A DNA stretch of 64,000 nucleotides from Lama guanicoe (lineage: Eukaryota), in contig MU053758.1 of the NCBI GenBank assembly GCA_013239625.1, forward strand, positions 124,001-188,000, in the 5' to 3' direction. Numbering within the stretch: the first letter of the stretch is position 1; every line of letters starts with the position of its first letter. Below, piece after piece: positions 22,327-35,884 of the stretch. The notes under the pieces are model-generated. The model did no database searches. It saw only the letters and a program-made list of their open reading frames with translations, and had not been told where the DNA came from. Both the position numbers and the translations under genes were made by a program.

Positions 22327-25300
22327 CTGAAATACACGGAGCCCAGGCCTGAGGCCAGCATGTCCCACTGGCTGGATGGCATGGGCTAGGGTATAGAGAA
22401 GTTGGGGACCAAATTAGCAGAAAGCAGCAACCCTTAGATGTTTGAGGTGGTTTCTGTAAGGATGAGGTTGTAGAAAGAGGGACCCAGGGGGCATCAGGAA
22501 AGTGAATCTGCAGCCCTGGGGACTGGGTGCAAGGGGAGGAAAAGATACACTTCTCAAATAGTCAAGCTGACAATTTAGCTCTACCATGGTCTGAGGAGTT
22601 TCTGCGGGGGTAAAAAGTGACCAGTAGAAAGGAATGAGGAAGTCAGTGCTGGCTGGAGAAAATATTCTCAAACTTGAAAATCAAACATCCCAGACCTTCT
22701 AACCAGAATCTCCCGGGAGTGAGGCCAAAGAATCTGTGCCTCTAAAAGCTCCCCAGGTGACTCCTGTGCTCCCTGCTTAGCTCCAGGCTACAAGTCGGTG
22801 TTTGGGAACCAACAATCTGGTCCATTTTATAGATAAGAAACTGAGGCCCAGGAGGAGTGACTTCATTCATTCCTTCCCTCCAATAGCTTCCCAACACACT
22901 AAGAATAAACTAAACTTCCAACCGTGGCCTATCTAGGGCCCCACAAGGCTGGCTCCAGCTTTCCTCACCACCCTCCTCCCTTCCACTCTCCCTCTCACTC
23001 GCGCCCCTCAAGCCACATTGGCCATTGTGTCTCTATTCCTGATCAAGCTAAGATTGTTTCTACCTCAGGGCCTTTGCACTTGCTGTACTTATTTCTAGAC
23101 TCCTTAAATCTCAGCTCTTCTCAACCGTTGCTCACCATCCTAAGATTTCCCCCAGTCTACTGTATTGCCCCACTATCAGATTTACTCTGTTCTTTTTTCT
23201 TCATAGCACTTAACACTATCAGAAATTGTTTATCTATGTACTTTATTATCTATTTCCCCACCCACACGCATGCACGCACGCCAACATGAAAATGTAAGTG
23301 CTGTGAGGGCAATGAGCTTGTCTGTTATCCTGTATCCTTTCCTGGGATAGTGCCCAACACACAGACGGTACTTAATAAATATGCCTTCATGAGTTAATTA
23401 GCGGATTGAATGCAAGCAAACCCAAACACTTGCTGGGCATCTTCCTACCGCATGCCAGGCACTGTGCCAGGCACTGGTCAGGGCCACACTTCCAGTCAGT
23501 GGTAGCGGGGTGGGCAGGGAGTGGCTGAAGACAGAAGAGGCTTTTTTTTTCAGTCCCAAATCAGACCTTGGGGGCTGGCACAAAACTTCTCCAGTCATTT
23601 GGTTCCCCAGGCTGCTTCCTCCTCTCAGGGTGGGACATGGAGTTGCTGTGCTCTGGTCTGCGCTTTCTCCAGGGGAAGGAGGCCAATCCACAGGGCAAGG
23701 CTGGGGAGAGGCCAGTGGGCTGACTGACAAGGCTGCACACTGGGGTCTCCTTACTAAGGACCCTGAGGGGATCCTCAGGGCCTGTAGCCTGAGCCAAGCT
23801 GGAGCCAACGGGCTGATGGAGAACCTCGTGGCAGCCCCTCCAGTACTTCTCCCTTGGGGTACTCCTCCCAGCCTTTCTGTTCCAACAGTTGGAAAGAGCT
23901 GCTCATTTACATCCAATTTACATCAGCGTATGTAACCAAGTGCCTCGAAAAGTTAAAGAAACCAACCCAGGAGGTTAAAACCAGAAAGGATAGCAGGTCT
24001 TATACTAGTTTAAGACCTTCCTTTCATAGGTGAGGCCCAGAAGGGAGCAGCGACTACTCTTTTGGTCTCCACCCAGATTTCTGAACTGGCCTCTTCTGTA
24101 CTGTCCCCTCCCTGGACTGGCATGTGGAATTCATCATTGGGTTTTTCCTGTCAGTCCAAACAGGAAAAATGTCTGCTTGGGCCCAGCTCTGGGAGGCCAG
24201 AGCCTGGATGCCTGCTGACCCCTGGCTTTGGTCTTGACCTGAAGTCAAGTCTGGCGGGACAACGGTCAGGCATCCATCTTCATGGCTGACTGCTTATTCA
24301 TCATGCAAATTACCCTGTCTGTAAACTCAATGGACCCTGACGGAGAACACTGCCGTTGACCCCAGCCTGGCCTCCCCCATTCCCCATAGGTTTCCTGACA
24401 CCTGGTTGGTGGCGGGGAGGGAGGTCGTGGGAACTAGGCCTTGTTTAATGCCAGTTCTGAGAAGTCATCCAAACCCTTCCTAGGCATTTGCTCCCCAGAC
24501 AAAGATCCTCAGAGAAGCCAGGAAAGGTAACTGGTTGTGTGGTCTGGTAGTTGGTGTTCTCCATGAAGGAAGCAGACATCTGGGGATTTCGACTTGGATC
24601 AGGGCTTCAGATGCTCTGGGTGTTTTTGCAAGGGCTGCTAGAACTGACTTTTAATATCTATATGTGTCTTTCAACCTTCTGATGAATGATGATGATGATG
24701 GTGGTGGTGGTAACAGCTGCCGTTTGTCCTGCCCTAAGGCGCAGGCACCAGTATAAATGCTTTAATACATTATTACCTTTAACCCCTGTGACCACTGTGA
24801 AGGAAGGGATAAAAATCAGAGGGACAACTTGCCACAGGTCCAGGAGTTGGCAATCGGACTCAGGTCTTTGTCACCCCCCCCCAAATCTTGTGTGCACACT
24901 GCGTGTGTGTAAATGAGAACCCATCAGGAAGTGCTTCGAGGTGTGCAGAAGGTACTGAAGGCATGGGAAGGGTGGCCCCCATCCTAGCCCATGAGAGTGT
25001 GCCTTTCAGCGCTTGGAGAATGGAGCTGGTTTACCAGCTCATCTGCAAATATCTCGCATTAATCACTCAGCATCTACACCCCGGGTAGCATTTTCAACTA
25101 GAGGTGTCGGGGTGGGCTCTGGAGTCAGAGTTAACTTTCACGCCCCACTAGCTTGGAGACTTCGGGAGAGTGAGTTAACCTTTCTGAACTCAGCCTCCTG
25201 GTTGTGAAGAGGGAGTGGTTCTCACCTCACAGACTGGGCTGAGGACTGAAGGAGGCAGTGAGGGCAGTAAAGGTGCAGAGCATCTGGCTTTTTTTTTTTT

Positions 25301-26205
25301 TTACTTAAAAAAATGTTTAATACAGTTTTTAAAGTTTACTTTCCATTTACAGGGTGCAGAGCGTCTTAACTGTTGTTACCATTGACTCTCTTTAATCTGC
25401 CATTTTCCCATAAGCCCTTGCTCCTTTTATTTATTTATTTATTTTTCAACACTCCTGCGGAGCTGGGAGGTCCCAATGCAAATAAACTCTCTTAAAATCA
25501 TGCAGCGTGTCAGGGAGGGGAAGGCAGAGAGGAGAGGGCTTTGCTTCAGAAGTCAGGAGGCCTGGGCTGATGTCACTTCTACTGTAGCTGAGCCGTGTGA
25601 CCTTGACAAGTTGACAAGTCACCTTGCCTCCCTGAATTGCTGTTTTATCATCTATAAAATAGGAATAATGATACTCTTCTCACAAGGTGGTTATGAGGGT
25701 TCAAGTAACAGATGTGCTCGATCATTGTCAAGTTTCCTTTGCCCCTTTTCCGTTCATCCAGGCATCTACTTGTGGCCCTGGGACACCCCAAAATTTAGAG
25801 AACTGTTCTAAAATGCCACCATGCTTGTCTTTTGCTGGTAGTCTGCTCCCAGCAGTCATATTGTCCGTGCCTCTGCCTCTGCCTCTGCCTCTGAGTCAGA
25901 CCCCGTCTCATTAACCCAGCCTAGTCTGACATCTCCCTGCTCTCCTCAGATACCAGGGGAAGAACTTTCCCTGTGCATCTCAAGTTCACTGCAATGTTTG
26001 GGAAGTTCCTCTGAAGTCTCACCTAGTGCCAGCCTGAACATGGAATGATGGCACCAACCTGTGTATGAGGATAAGTCTTTGGGCCTCTGGACTGAACAAG
26101 AGAAGGGAGACGAACCAAGGGTAAGGCCTGTAGCAGGATGCCTGCCTGGGCATCTCTGAGGCTCTGGGAGAGAGACAGGGTACCTTGGGGGCTTGGGGAG
26201 CCTTA

Positions 26206-27320
<1,115 letters not shown>

Positions 27321-29007
27321 ACATTCACGGCGGAATTGGACTTGATGACCTCCAGGGTCCTGTCCTGATCTTAAATTCTTAGAGCTCACAGTGAGTGGGA
27401 CTTGGATCCTGGAGCAGAAGCACTTAGGATGGGCTCTGGGCTTCCTCCCCGCCCCTCCCACTGGGGTGTCTGTCATTGTAGATGCAGAAAAAAAGGAGGC
27501 TCCCTTGCTGACCACAGTGGTCCCTTAATATCTGCTCCTCAAGGGGGTCCCTTGTCATTGGACAGGCGTCAGTCTGAGCAGGAGCTCAGTGACTGGTAAA
27601 TGACATAGCCCTTGGGTGGACCTGGGAGGAGAATGAGAGAGAGATCAGGATGTGGGCTCAGGGATGGCTGAGAGAGACCCACAAGCAGGGCTCAGAGGAA
27701 GTAATGGAAGCAAAAGAGCCTGGACACAGGTGTTAGAGATGGCCCTGGCCCCAAGTGCTGGCTGGCAGAGCAGCCCAAGTGAGTCCATTTTTATTGAATA
27801 AGTGAGTGAGGACTGATCTAGGAGAACCTGTTCCAATGGGGGTCGCAAAGGCTTCTCAGGTGAGGGAAATGCGGAGCTGGTCTAGGACTTGCCTCATGGG
27901 GAAGAAGAGCCTCAGAGCAGACTCAGGGGTAGAGGAGGAGAGGGCCTGGCTAAGAAGATGGAAGAGGGAGGGGAGCACGTAGGTCTGGAGGGTGAGAACT
28001 GGGGAAACGGGCTCTAGGCCAGAGAGGTCACTGAGGAAGTGGGGCTGGGACCAGGGGCAGGGTGCCTGCAGTGGCTGGCAATCTTGGAGGCTCAGGCCAC
28101 TGGATGAGCTTAGAACCTTGAGCCTATGATCAGCTTAGGCATCAGAGATTTGGGCTTCCAGACCATCTGCTTTATCCAAAGATTTTCAGCTCATGAGGAG
28201 CTAGGAGGCTCAAACTCCATCTTGTCTGCGTCGGGGACAAGTGACTTGAAGTTCACGCTCTTCCTTGGCAGGTGAGAGGGGCTGAAGTTGCACTGGGCTG
28301 GGATCTAGTATTAGCATTATTGAGGTTAGGCACCAGGGAGGCCTTCCTGATAACCCTGTAGTGATGGTGATGATGATGATGATAAATGTATTAAGTGCTC
28401 ATTATGTGCCAGGCAGTGTATGAAAATACTTGATATGTATTATTTTCTTAGTCCTTACTTAATCACATAAGGTAGGGACCATTATTAAACCCATTTTGCA
28501 GATGGGGAAACTAAGGCTTAAGTAGGATGAGCGGCTTGCCTAAGGAAACAGCAGAGTGGGGATCAGAGTTGGAGTCTGGCAGACTCTTCTCTTAACCACT
28601 AGGGTATTCTCTACCCTGACAGGACCTGGAGTTTCCTGAAAACTTGTATCTGTATCATTAGATGGAATAATAACTTTGCTTCCCAAATCTTCCACCCGTC
28701 TCTCCCTTCTCCAGGCTCTGATTCCCGTTTCCTCCATAGAAATGTCCTTATCCAAGGGCAAAGATTGTGACTCCCCCATCAGACTGGGAATGTCCTCTCC
28801 TCCTGAGCCTAGACTCATGATGGGGAGTGGGTGGGGAGGATGCAGTGAATATATGGTGAGCGATGAGGGGCCTGAACTGAGGGGCACAGCAGGGAAAGGG
28901 GTAGAAGTTGAGGTGTGGAGAGGGCAAAGGAGGGAGCCGGAGGAGCCCAGGGGATTTGCCATCCTGGCTATGGAATCCTTTCCAGGACCAGGTCTCTCCA
29001 GGGCAGG

Positions 29008-29091
29008 ATGGCCCAGGAGCTCAGTGAGAAGGAGATCCTGAAGATGGAGGTGGAGCAGCTGAAGAAGGAAGTGAAGAACCCTCGAGCTCTG
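29008..29091 (+). CDS. GNGT2: GNGT2 coding exon 1 (MAQELSEKEILKMEVEQLKKEVKNPRAL), G protein gamma-T2 (cone transducin gamma)
   Basis: G-gamma N-terminal helix; donor GTGAGC at 29092. Confidence 0.96.
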
Positions 29092-29536
29092 GTGAGCCTC
29101 CTCTTCCCTTCCCTGCTCCCTCTTCTGCATCCCTTTCTGGTCCTCATGGAGCCGGGATGCGAAGGAGGAAGTGATGGACCGCAGGGTGGTGGGACTTCTC
29201 CAGGGCAGTAGAAAGAGCAGGAGGTGCCTCTGGAACAAGCTGAGTGTGGAAAGAGGCTGAGTTGACCCTACGGAGGTGCGAAGGAGAGAGCCTCGGAGCC
29301 GGGAGGGCTCAATGTGTCCAGCCCTGTCTCTTGGCTGGGCCTGGCCAAACAGGTCAGAGTTAGGCTTTGTGGTTCTGGTCAAGGAACTCACATCAGTCTC
29401 ACACTGCCCGTCCCTTTCATCTTTCTCCCACCGTCCTCCATCCCCACCCAGCCCAGAAGTTGGTTTTCTTAGGACTGACCCAATCACGAACCCTGAGCAA
29501 CAGACAAGGGCTAGAACCACATCTGCTTTCTCGCAG

Positions 29537-29662
29537 ATTTCCAAAACGGGAAAGGAAATCAAGGATTACGTGGAGGCGGAAGCAGGAAACGACCCTCTTC
29601 TCAAAGGCATCCCTGAGGACAAGAATCCCTTCAAGGAGAAAGGCGGTTGTATGATTAGCTGA
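29537..29662 (+). CDS. GNGT2: GNGT2 coding exon 2 (ISKTGKEIKDYVE...DPLLKGIPEDKNPFKEKGGCMIS*)
   Basis: GGL motifs DPLL and NPF; CaaX CMIS (farnesylation type); acceptor TCGCAG; 69 aa total. Confidence 0.97.
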   Translation: MSKTGKEIKDYVEAEAGNDPLLKGIPEDKNPFKEKGGCMIS

Positions 29663-31557
29663 TGATGCTGACGCCCCTCATCCCGAATGCTTGTCCCTCT
29701 CAGCCCCGTTCCTCACCCAGGCCCCAGGACCCTGGGATGCCCAGGGAACCAGTGGATGTTCACCTTCTTAGTCCCAGAATGAGTAAAGATGCCTGGCTGC
29801 AGACATTGCGAATCCATTCCCTGGTCCCGCTTTGAACTCTTTCCTCCCATTAGCTCCGCCACCCACTGGATCATGGCTGACCCCACTTGGAAACACTCCA
29901 GGAGAGCTTCTCTGGTTCAGTGTTGGCATCGTGTAGGGTCTGAAAAGACTGCAATTCCCTAAGAACCTAGAGGCCGGTCCTTTGGAAAGAGTTGCTCCTC
30001 CCTAGAACCCCTCCCTCTCCTCCCTTCACTCTCTTCCCAGGAATTAGCATTCCCATTCTGAGTAGTTGGGTTGAGGACAGGAGTTGGGGCGCCCTCTTTC
30101 CCCACCCCATGTGAGAGTCTTCCTGGTCATTTAGATCACCCCAGATGGCCTGATGACAAAAAGAATTTGTAAAGTCATGATGTCATGATTTCTTTAATAT
30201 TACTGAGTGTCTGTTGCATGCTGGGCTGGGGTAGAAGAGTGAGCAGAACTCACGTGGCTCCTATTTTCATGGAATTTGGCAGAGAAACATGAGGCAGAGT
30301 TTGCAATTAAATCAGGAAGTGCCACTGTGGGGAAAGGGACATCCAGGGTGCTGGAGGAACACATGGCAGCCAGACATTCACTGCAATGAACAAGGTCAAA
30401 GTGAACTGTTGCAGGCCAGTGCTGGGGGCAGAGCGGGGAGTGAGGACAGACCCTGTAAAACCTGGGACTGGAGAGGAAGGTGGGGTCAAGTCTTAAAGGA
30501 CCTTGCTATGAGCTCAGGCAAGAACTTCCTCTTTCACCCTCATTACACTAGGAAGCCTGTGAAGGTATTTTAGCAGCAGAAGGTCAGGCTTTGATGAACA
30601 CAAGGGAGGCTGGATCCTGCTAAGGGACCAATGATGGAAAAGAGTAACTCTTGGGACTTTTTAGCAAGATTACTGTCTAAAGGAGCCACAAACGGACCTG
30701 CTGATAGAGAGGCGGGGCTGGAGATGATCAGCAGGGTCTTGTTGGCAATATCAAACAACCTGATCTGCTGGGAATGAGCTGGTAATGTTTGCGTTTGAAT
30801 TGGTTTTTGACAAGAATGAAAGGGGAAAGTGTGGAGGCAGAGAGACAGTGAAGGAGGTGATTGTGAGATCCAAGGAGAGGGAGATTAGGGCAGTGGCTGT
30901 AAGTCTACAAGGGGAGGTGGGGTGAAGAGTTCTTTGGGAAATCAAATTTTCAGATCTTGACATCTCATTGAGTGATGGGGAGGGTCAGGGAGTGTTCGAG
31001 GATGGAGGCCAAGTTTCTGGCTTGGTTCGGGGAAGAGAGAGGATTGAAAGCAAGTACCTGAAAACAAACCTAATAACCAAATACACTGATCTGACCCGGA
31101 GCTGCAAACTCAGCCCCTCTCCTGTGGGTCCCAGTCCCAGGGCATGGCCTGGGCCACTGGTCAGAATCCAGGATCTCCCAGAGACTGTCCACTCCTTTCC
31201 CAATTCCATTGTAACCCCACTTCACCATTCTGCAATGTCAAATAAACTCAGCCACCCCAGTACATTCCGCTCAAGAGAAGGGAAAGAAGAGGCATGAGGA
31301 GAAAACATTTAAATATGATACTTCTGATTATTTTAAATGGGGAGGTGTAAATACTCCATATGTTTCCAGCAGTAAGAAAGGAAAAACAGATGGGGGGGGG
31401 GCGGGCTATAGTCATATGGGTGTAGGTCATGGGCTGTGGCTTCCCTCTTGGTTGGCATTCTTGGTCCAGGGGGCTGAGTCCAACCTGCATCCCTGATGAC
31501 TCTGAATGCTTATTAGGTCTCCAGGTAGAGCAGTAAGTAGTTTCTTCTGTTTACCTT

Positions 31558-32174
31558 TGCTACCAGAAACACGGGGTTCGCCTCTTAGTGGGTCTCAAGC
31601 CAAAAGACACAACCAAGTCAAAGAGCCAGAGAAGAAAGGACTTATTACTTGGCAGCAAGAAAGGAGAAAACTGGGGATCTTTCCCAAAGCAGTGTCTCTC
31701 CAAACACCAAAACTGGGGAAGTTTTAAGCTAAGGGTGCACGCATATTCATGAAAGGGCTTAGGCTATATTTATATATATATTCATGAAGGGGTTGAGCAG
31801 AAGAGAATTCGGCATAGAATTGAGATTGACACAGTCCAAGCTTTAGCTGATTAAAGTCACGAGAGTCAGAAAAGATCCACACCATCATCCCTTAGATTCC
31901 GGTTGATCCTGTGGTTGAGTTAGTGCTTCAGGCTAATCTTTACCAGTGAAAAGAACTGGGAGTGTTCACAGCTGAGTTACTTCTCTTGCTGATAACAGTC
32001 CTTTGCTTTTGCATTCTTTTGTTCCCTTAAGATCATTAATTACCGAAACCTACAAAGACGCACTGTGGCCAGGCTTAGATCACAAAATGGCTTAGGCAAA
32101 AAATGGCTTCCTTATGTCAAGAAAGCCATGACTGTTTTTTTCCTCCAGGGACCCCCCTACCTTATCTACTTACA
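31558..32174 (-). mobile_element. ERV1-type solo LTR, copy 3
   Basis: TG...CA termini, 4-bp TSD CCTT (31554-31557 / 32175-32178), same internal blocks. Confidence 0.8.
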
Positions 32175-32499
32175 CCTTTACTCAGGGCATGGAGCCCAGG
32201 GGTTCTCTTGGCTCCACCCATACCTTCCTGGAACCCCCAAGATATGGTAACACTCATAGGATCCTGAGCCTCAGGGTCAGTGATCGGCCCAACACTCCGG
32301 CCCCCTTTTCTGTCTGTTTTCCTAGTTCCAAAAGGAGGCCTCCAACGGCTGAGGGCAATCTCAGCTTCCATTTCCAGAAATTAGTATTTTGGCCCCCGGC
32401 GATAGCATTTCTTCCCTCACATTAGCAAGTTCAAAGGATGAGAATGATTTTTTGTTTGTTTGTGTAATATTTTTCCTTTTTTAAAAAAAGTTCTTCTGT

Positions 32500-32646
32500 T
32501 TCCTTTTTTCTTAGTTTTGTTTTTTTTTTTGGTGGGGGCTGGTAATTAGGTTTATTTCTATATGTTTAGAGGAGGTACTGGGGATTGAACCCAGGACCTC
32601 GTGCATGTTAAGCATGTGCTCTACCACTTTAGCTATACCCTCCTCC
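32500..32646 (-). mobile_element. tRNA-derived SINE (Vic-1-like), followed by an L1 3' fragment (~32670-32875)
   Basis: GGAGGTACTGGGGATTGAACCCAGG...GCTATACCCTCC. Confidence 0.85.
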
Positions 32647-34037
32647 AAGAATTATACATATTTTAAAATTTTTTTATTGACGTGTAGTTGATTTACAATG
32701 TTAGTTTCGGGTGTACAGCAAAGTGATTCAGCTATACATATACACATATATATACATATACACACATATATACATATACACACATACATACATATATTTT
32801 ACTTTCAAATTCTTTTCTATGTTATTACAAGAAATGGAATATAGTTCTCGGTGCTATATAGTAAGTCCTTGTTGAGGACAAAAATGCTGTTGTGAGAGTG
32901 GGTCACTGAAGTCATCTGAGCCACCCACCTCCACCTCTACCCTAGACCCCTGAACCTTTTAACCACAAAAGGAGAGCACCAGATGTTGTTACTGGTTCAG
33001 CTCAGAGCACGTCCAGCAGCCTCTTGACAGCATTTCATCTTTGCAACATGGTATCTCCTCGCTGACACCAAACTGGGGCCTCACCAGGCCAGTCCTCACT
33101 CTGTAAGGCCACCAGCTCCCAGATGATGGGCACCGGATGAGATTGGCAAACCCCTAGGGACATTAGCCCTTTCTTTACTGGGATGGAGGAAAAGCCCTTG
33201 AAAAGGGCCAAGAAGGGAGGGTGAGAGGTGTGAGGACGCCAAGCAGAGACAGGATCATTGAAATTCTGATGATCCTGAGTGGGGAAATGATGCCAAAGCA
33301 GGAAAAGGGAGGGAGAGAGGGAAGAATGCTCTGAACACCTGATTTCCTGGTCCACTAACATCCAGCTGAATAATTCCCAAGTTTCAAATTCTAGATCACC
33401 TTCCTAACACGCTACACGTTCACCAGAGCCCGCCAGGATGGGGTCCCCAGGCCTCAGAAAGAGAGGGTAAGAGGGGGCACCGCTGATTGGCTAATTTGAG
33501 GCTCAGCTCCTAGGACTGGCAGCAGCCTGAAATCCTTCCTAGCGGATCCGGCGACACCCCCACCCCTGCCCCCCACCTTCCGGACGGAAGTCAACCCTGC
33601 AGCCCATAGGGAGTGGGATAGAGACCTGGTCTTATCTGCTTGACATTTTGGTGCCTCAGGCAGAGGACAATTACCCAATCCTGACCTCACAGCTTCTAGG
33701 AAAGTTAGTCATAGTCCCTTCCCTCCTGCCATCAGTTCCCTACCTGAGCCTGAGGCCTGGGGACAGACCAACTTTGTGGGTATATTTTATGTGGGGGTAT
33801 TTGTAGCTGTCACACAGGGCATCCTGCTTAGAAGGGCCCTGTGCTTGGTTTAACATTCTGCTGTCACCATCCTGACATTCATAATTTGTGAATTAGGGCC
33901 CCATATTTTCTTTTTGCACTGGGCCCACAGGTTATGTTTCCTGTGTAGGGAAACAGACAGAGGCCCTGGCCTGTTGGAGAAGGCAGGATGCTTCACCAGG
34001 AGCAGAGTTAAAAGTAGGGTCAAAAATAGCACAGAAA

Positions 34038-34697
34038 CTAATTTAGTATTAATTTTAATATTAAAATTAGCAAAAGAAAAGCAACAAATAGCATACAAGG
34101 GAACTCCCATAAGGTTATCAGCTGATTTTTCAGCAGAAACTCTACAGGCCAGAAGGGAGTGGCACGATATATTTAAAGTAATGAAAGGGGGAAACTTACA
34201 ACCAAGAATACTCTATCCAGCAAGGCTCTCGTTCAGACTTGATGGAGAAATCAAAAGCTTCACAGATTAAAAAAACTAAAAGATTTCAGCACCACGAAAC
34301 CAGCTTTAAAACAGATGTTAAAGAACCTTCTCTAGTCATCAAACCATAAGAAAAGAGAACAAAAAGAAGAAAGAGAAAAAAAGAAGAGACCTACAAAAGA
34401 TTGCTTTGGCTGTTCAGGGTCTTTTGTGGTTCCTTGTAAATTTTGGAATTGTTTGCTCTACTTCTGTGAGGAGTGTTGGGAGTATTTTGATGGGGGTCCC
34501 TCTGGGTAGAGTGGCCATCTTGATAGTGTTGATTCTTCCAATCCAAGAGCACAAGAAATCTTTCCATTTCTTTGTTTCATTTCGGTTTTCAGACTATAGG
34601 TAATCTCCTTGGTTAGGTTTATTTCTAGGTGTTTTGTTGTTTTTGATGTAATGGAAATGTCTCTGCCAGTTACAAAATTCTGGCTTTTGAAGTGAAC
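34038..34697. mobile_element. Composite L1 insertion: ORF1 fragment (+) fused to an ORF2 fragment (-)
   Basis: ORF1 peptide YKGTPIRLSADFSAETLQARREW on +; antisense ORF2-like sequence from ~34400; 15-bp direct repeat AAAATAGCACAGAAA at 34023-34037 and 34698-34712. Confidence 0.8.
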
Positions 34698-34958
34698 AAA
34701 ATAGCACAGAAAAGATTATACTCCTCGCCCTCCACCATCTCTGAGAGTTAGAAACTGGGGTAGGGGGGTAACTGCAGTAGTTTCTCAACATCCCCTTGGC
34801 GCCTCTGACTTTTCTATCCTCTACCAGAACACGGAAATGGGTAAAGTGAGTGACTCATCACCTGCAGCAGCAGAGCTGAGGAAACCAACTAGAGGGGCCA
34901 GAAGAGGAGACAGAGGAGTCAGAGACTCCCCCTCCCCCCAATCTCTCCTCCCCTCCCC

Positions 34959-34976
34959 NNNNNNNNNNNNNNNNNN
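34959..34976. other. Assembly gap (18 N) inside a C/T-rich low-complexity tract
   Basis: Run of n characters. Confidence 1.
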
Positions 34977-35065
34977 CTTCCCCTCCCCCACCTCCCTCCC
35001 TTTCCCTCCCCTCTAATCAGATTTGAATTCCTAGAGTCTGCCTTCTAGTCCCTCACACATTTATC

Positions 35066-35172
35066 TTTTTTTTTTGTGAGTTTTTTTTGTTTTGTTTTAA
35101 TGGAGGTACTGAGGATTGAACCTAGGACCCTGTGCTAAGCATGTGCTCTACCACTGAACTATTCCTGCTCCT
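35066..35172 (-). mobile_element. tRNA-derived SINE (Vic-1-like)
   Basis: GGAGGTACTGAGGATTGAACCTAGG...CTCTACCACTGA. Confidence 0.8.
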
Positions 35173-35729
35173 CCCCCTGCCGCCTCACCCTTCCCCTTCC
35201 ACATTCATCTGTTTATCCCTTTGCTCCAACAGCCTCCCACTGAACCCTCCCTCACCTGCAGCCCCCACCCCTGCCCGCTGCAGTGTTTCTCTGTGGCTCC
35301 CTTGCTTACCGCCTCCTGTAAGACCAAGTCAAGACTTGTGGACTTAGCACCAGGGTCCTTCTCATGCCATCCGGGCCCTATTTACTTCTGAGACCCCAGC
35401 TCTCCCCACTGGTCACCCCATCCTCCCTCAGGGCTCCATCAGTGGAATTCTGTTTAATTCCTCCATCAGCTCATGCTGATGAAGACACCTTATCATTCTG
35501 CCCCTTTCGAATCTAGCTACTTCATGGAGAGTCACAGCTAGGTTTAAGTATCCCTTCTGCGAAAGCTTTCCCAGTTCTCTCCTTTATGATGAATGAATAG
35601 GGTATTTAAAATGAGGTGGTTCAGGATTCAGCAGGTGTAAAAGGGCATCCAATGAAATCTCACCTTCCTTTTCTCCTGGTTTCCTCCCTGGAGAAACCAA
35701 TGTTACTAGCTTCTCACGTAAGCTTCAGA

Positions 35730-35884
35730 GTTTTTTGTTTTGTTTTGTTCTGTTTGTTTGGTGGGGTTCAGTAATTAAGTTTTATTTACTTATTATTTTA
35801 TTTTAATTAAGGTACTGGGAATTGAGCCCAGGACTTCATGCATGCTAAGTACACTCTCTACCACTGAGCTGTGCCCTCTCCCCC
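35730..35884 (-). mobile_element. tRNA-derived SINE (Vic-1-like)
   Basis: GGTACTGGGAATTGAGCCCAGG...CTCTACCACTGAGCTGTGCCC. Confidence 0.8.

Noticed and set aside
29276..29536. 128-aa ORF ending in the GNGT2 C-terminus
   Set aside because: Intron read-through in frame with the real last exon
28540..29562. 340-aa antisense ORF across GNGT2
   Set aside because: Non-ATG start, no recognisable domain, Leu/Ser/Pro-rich composition, spans GNGT2 introns and exon; most likely a chance open frame
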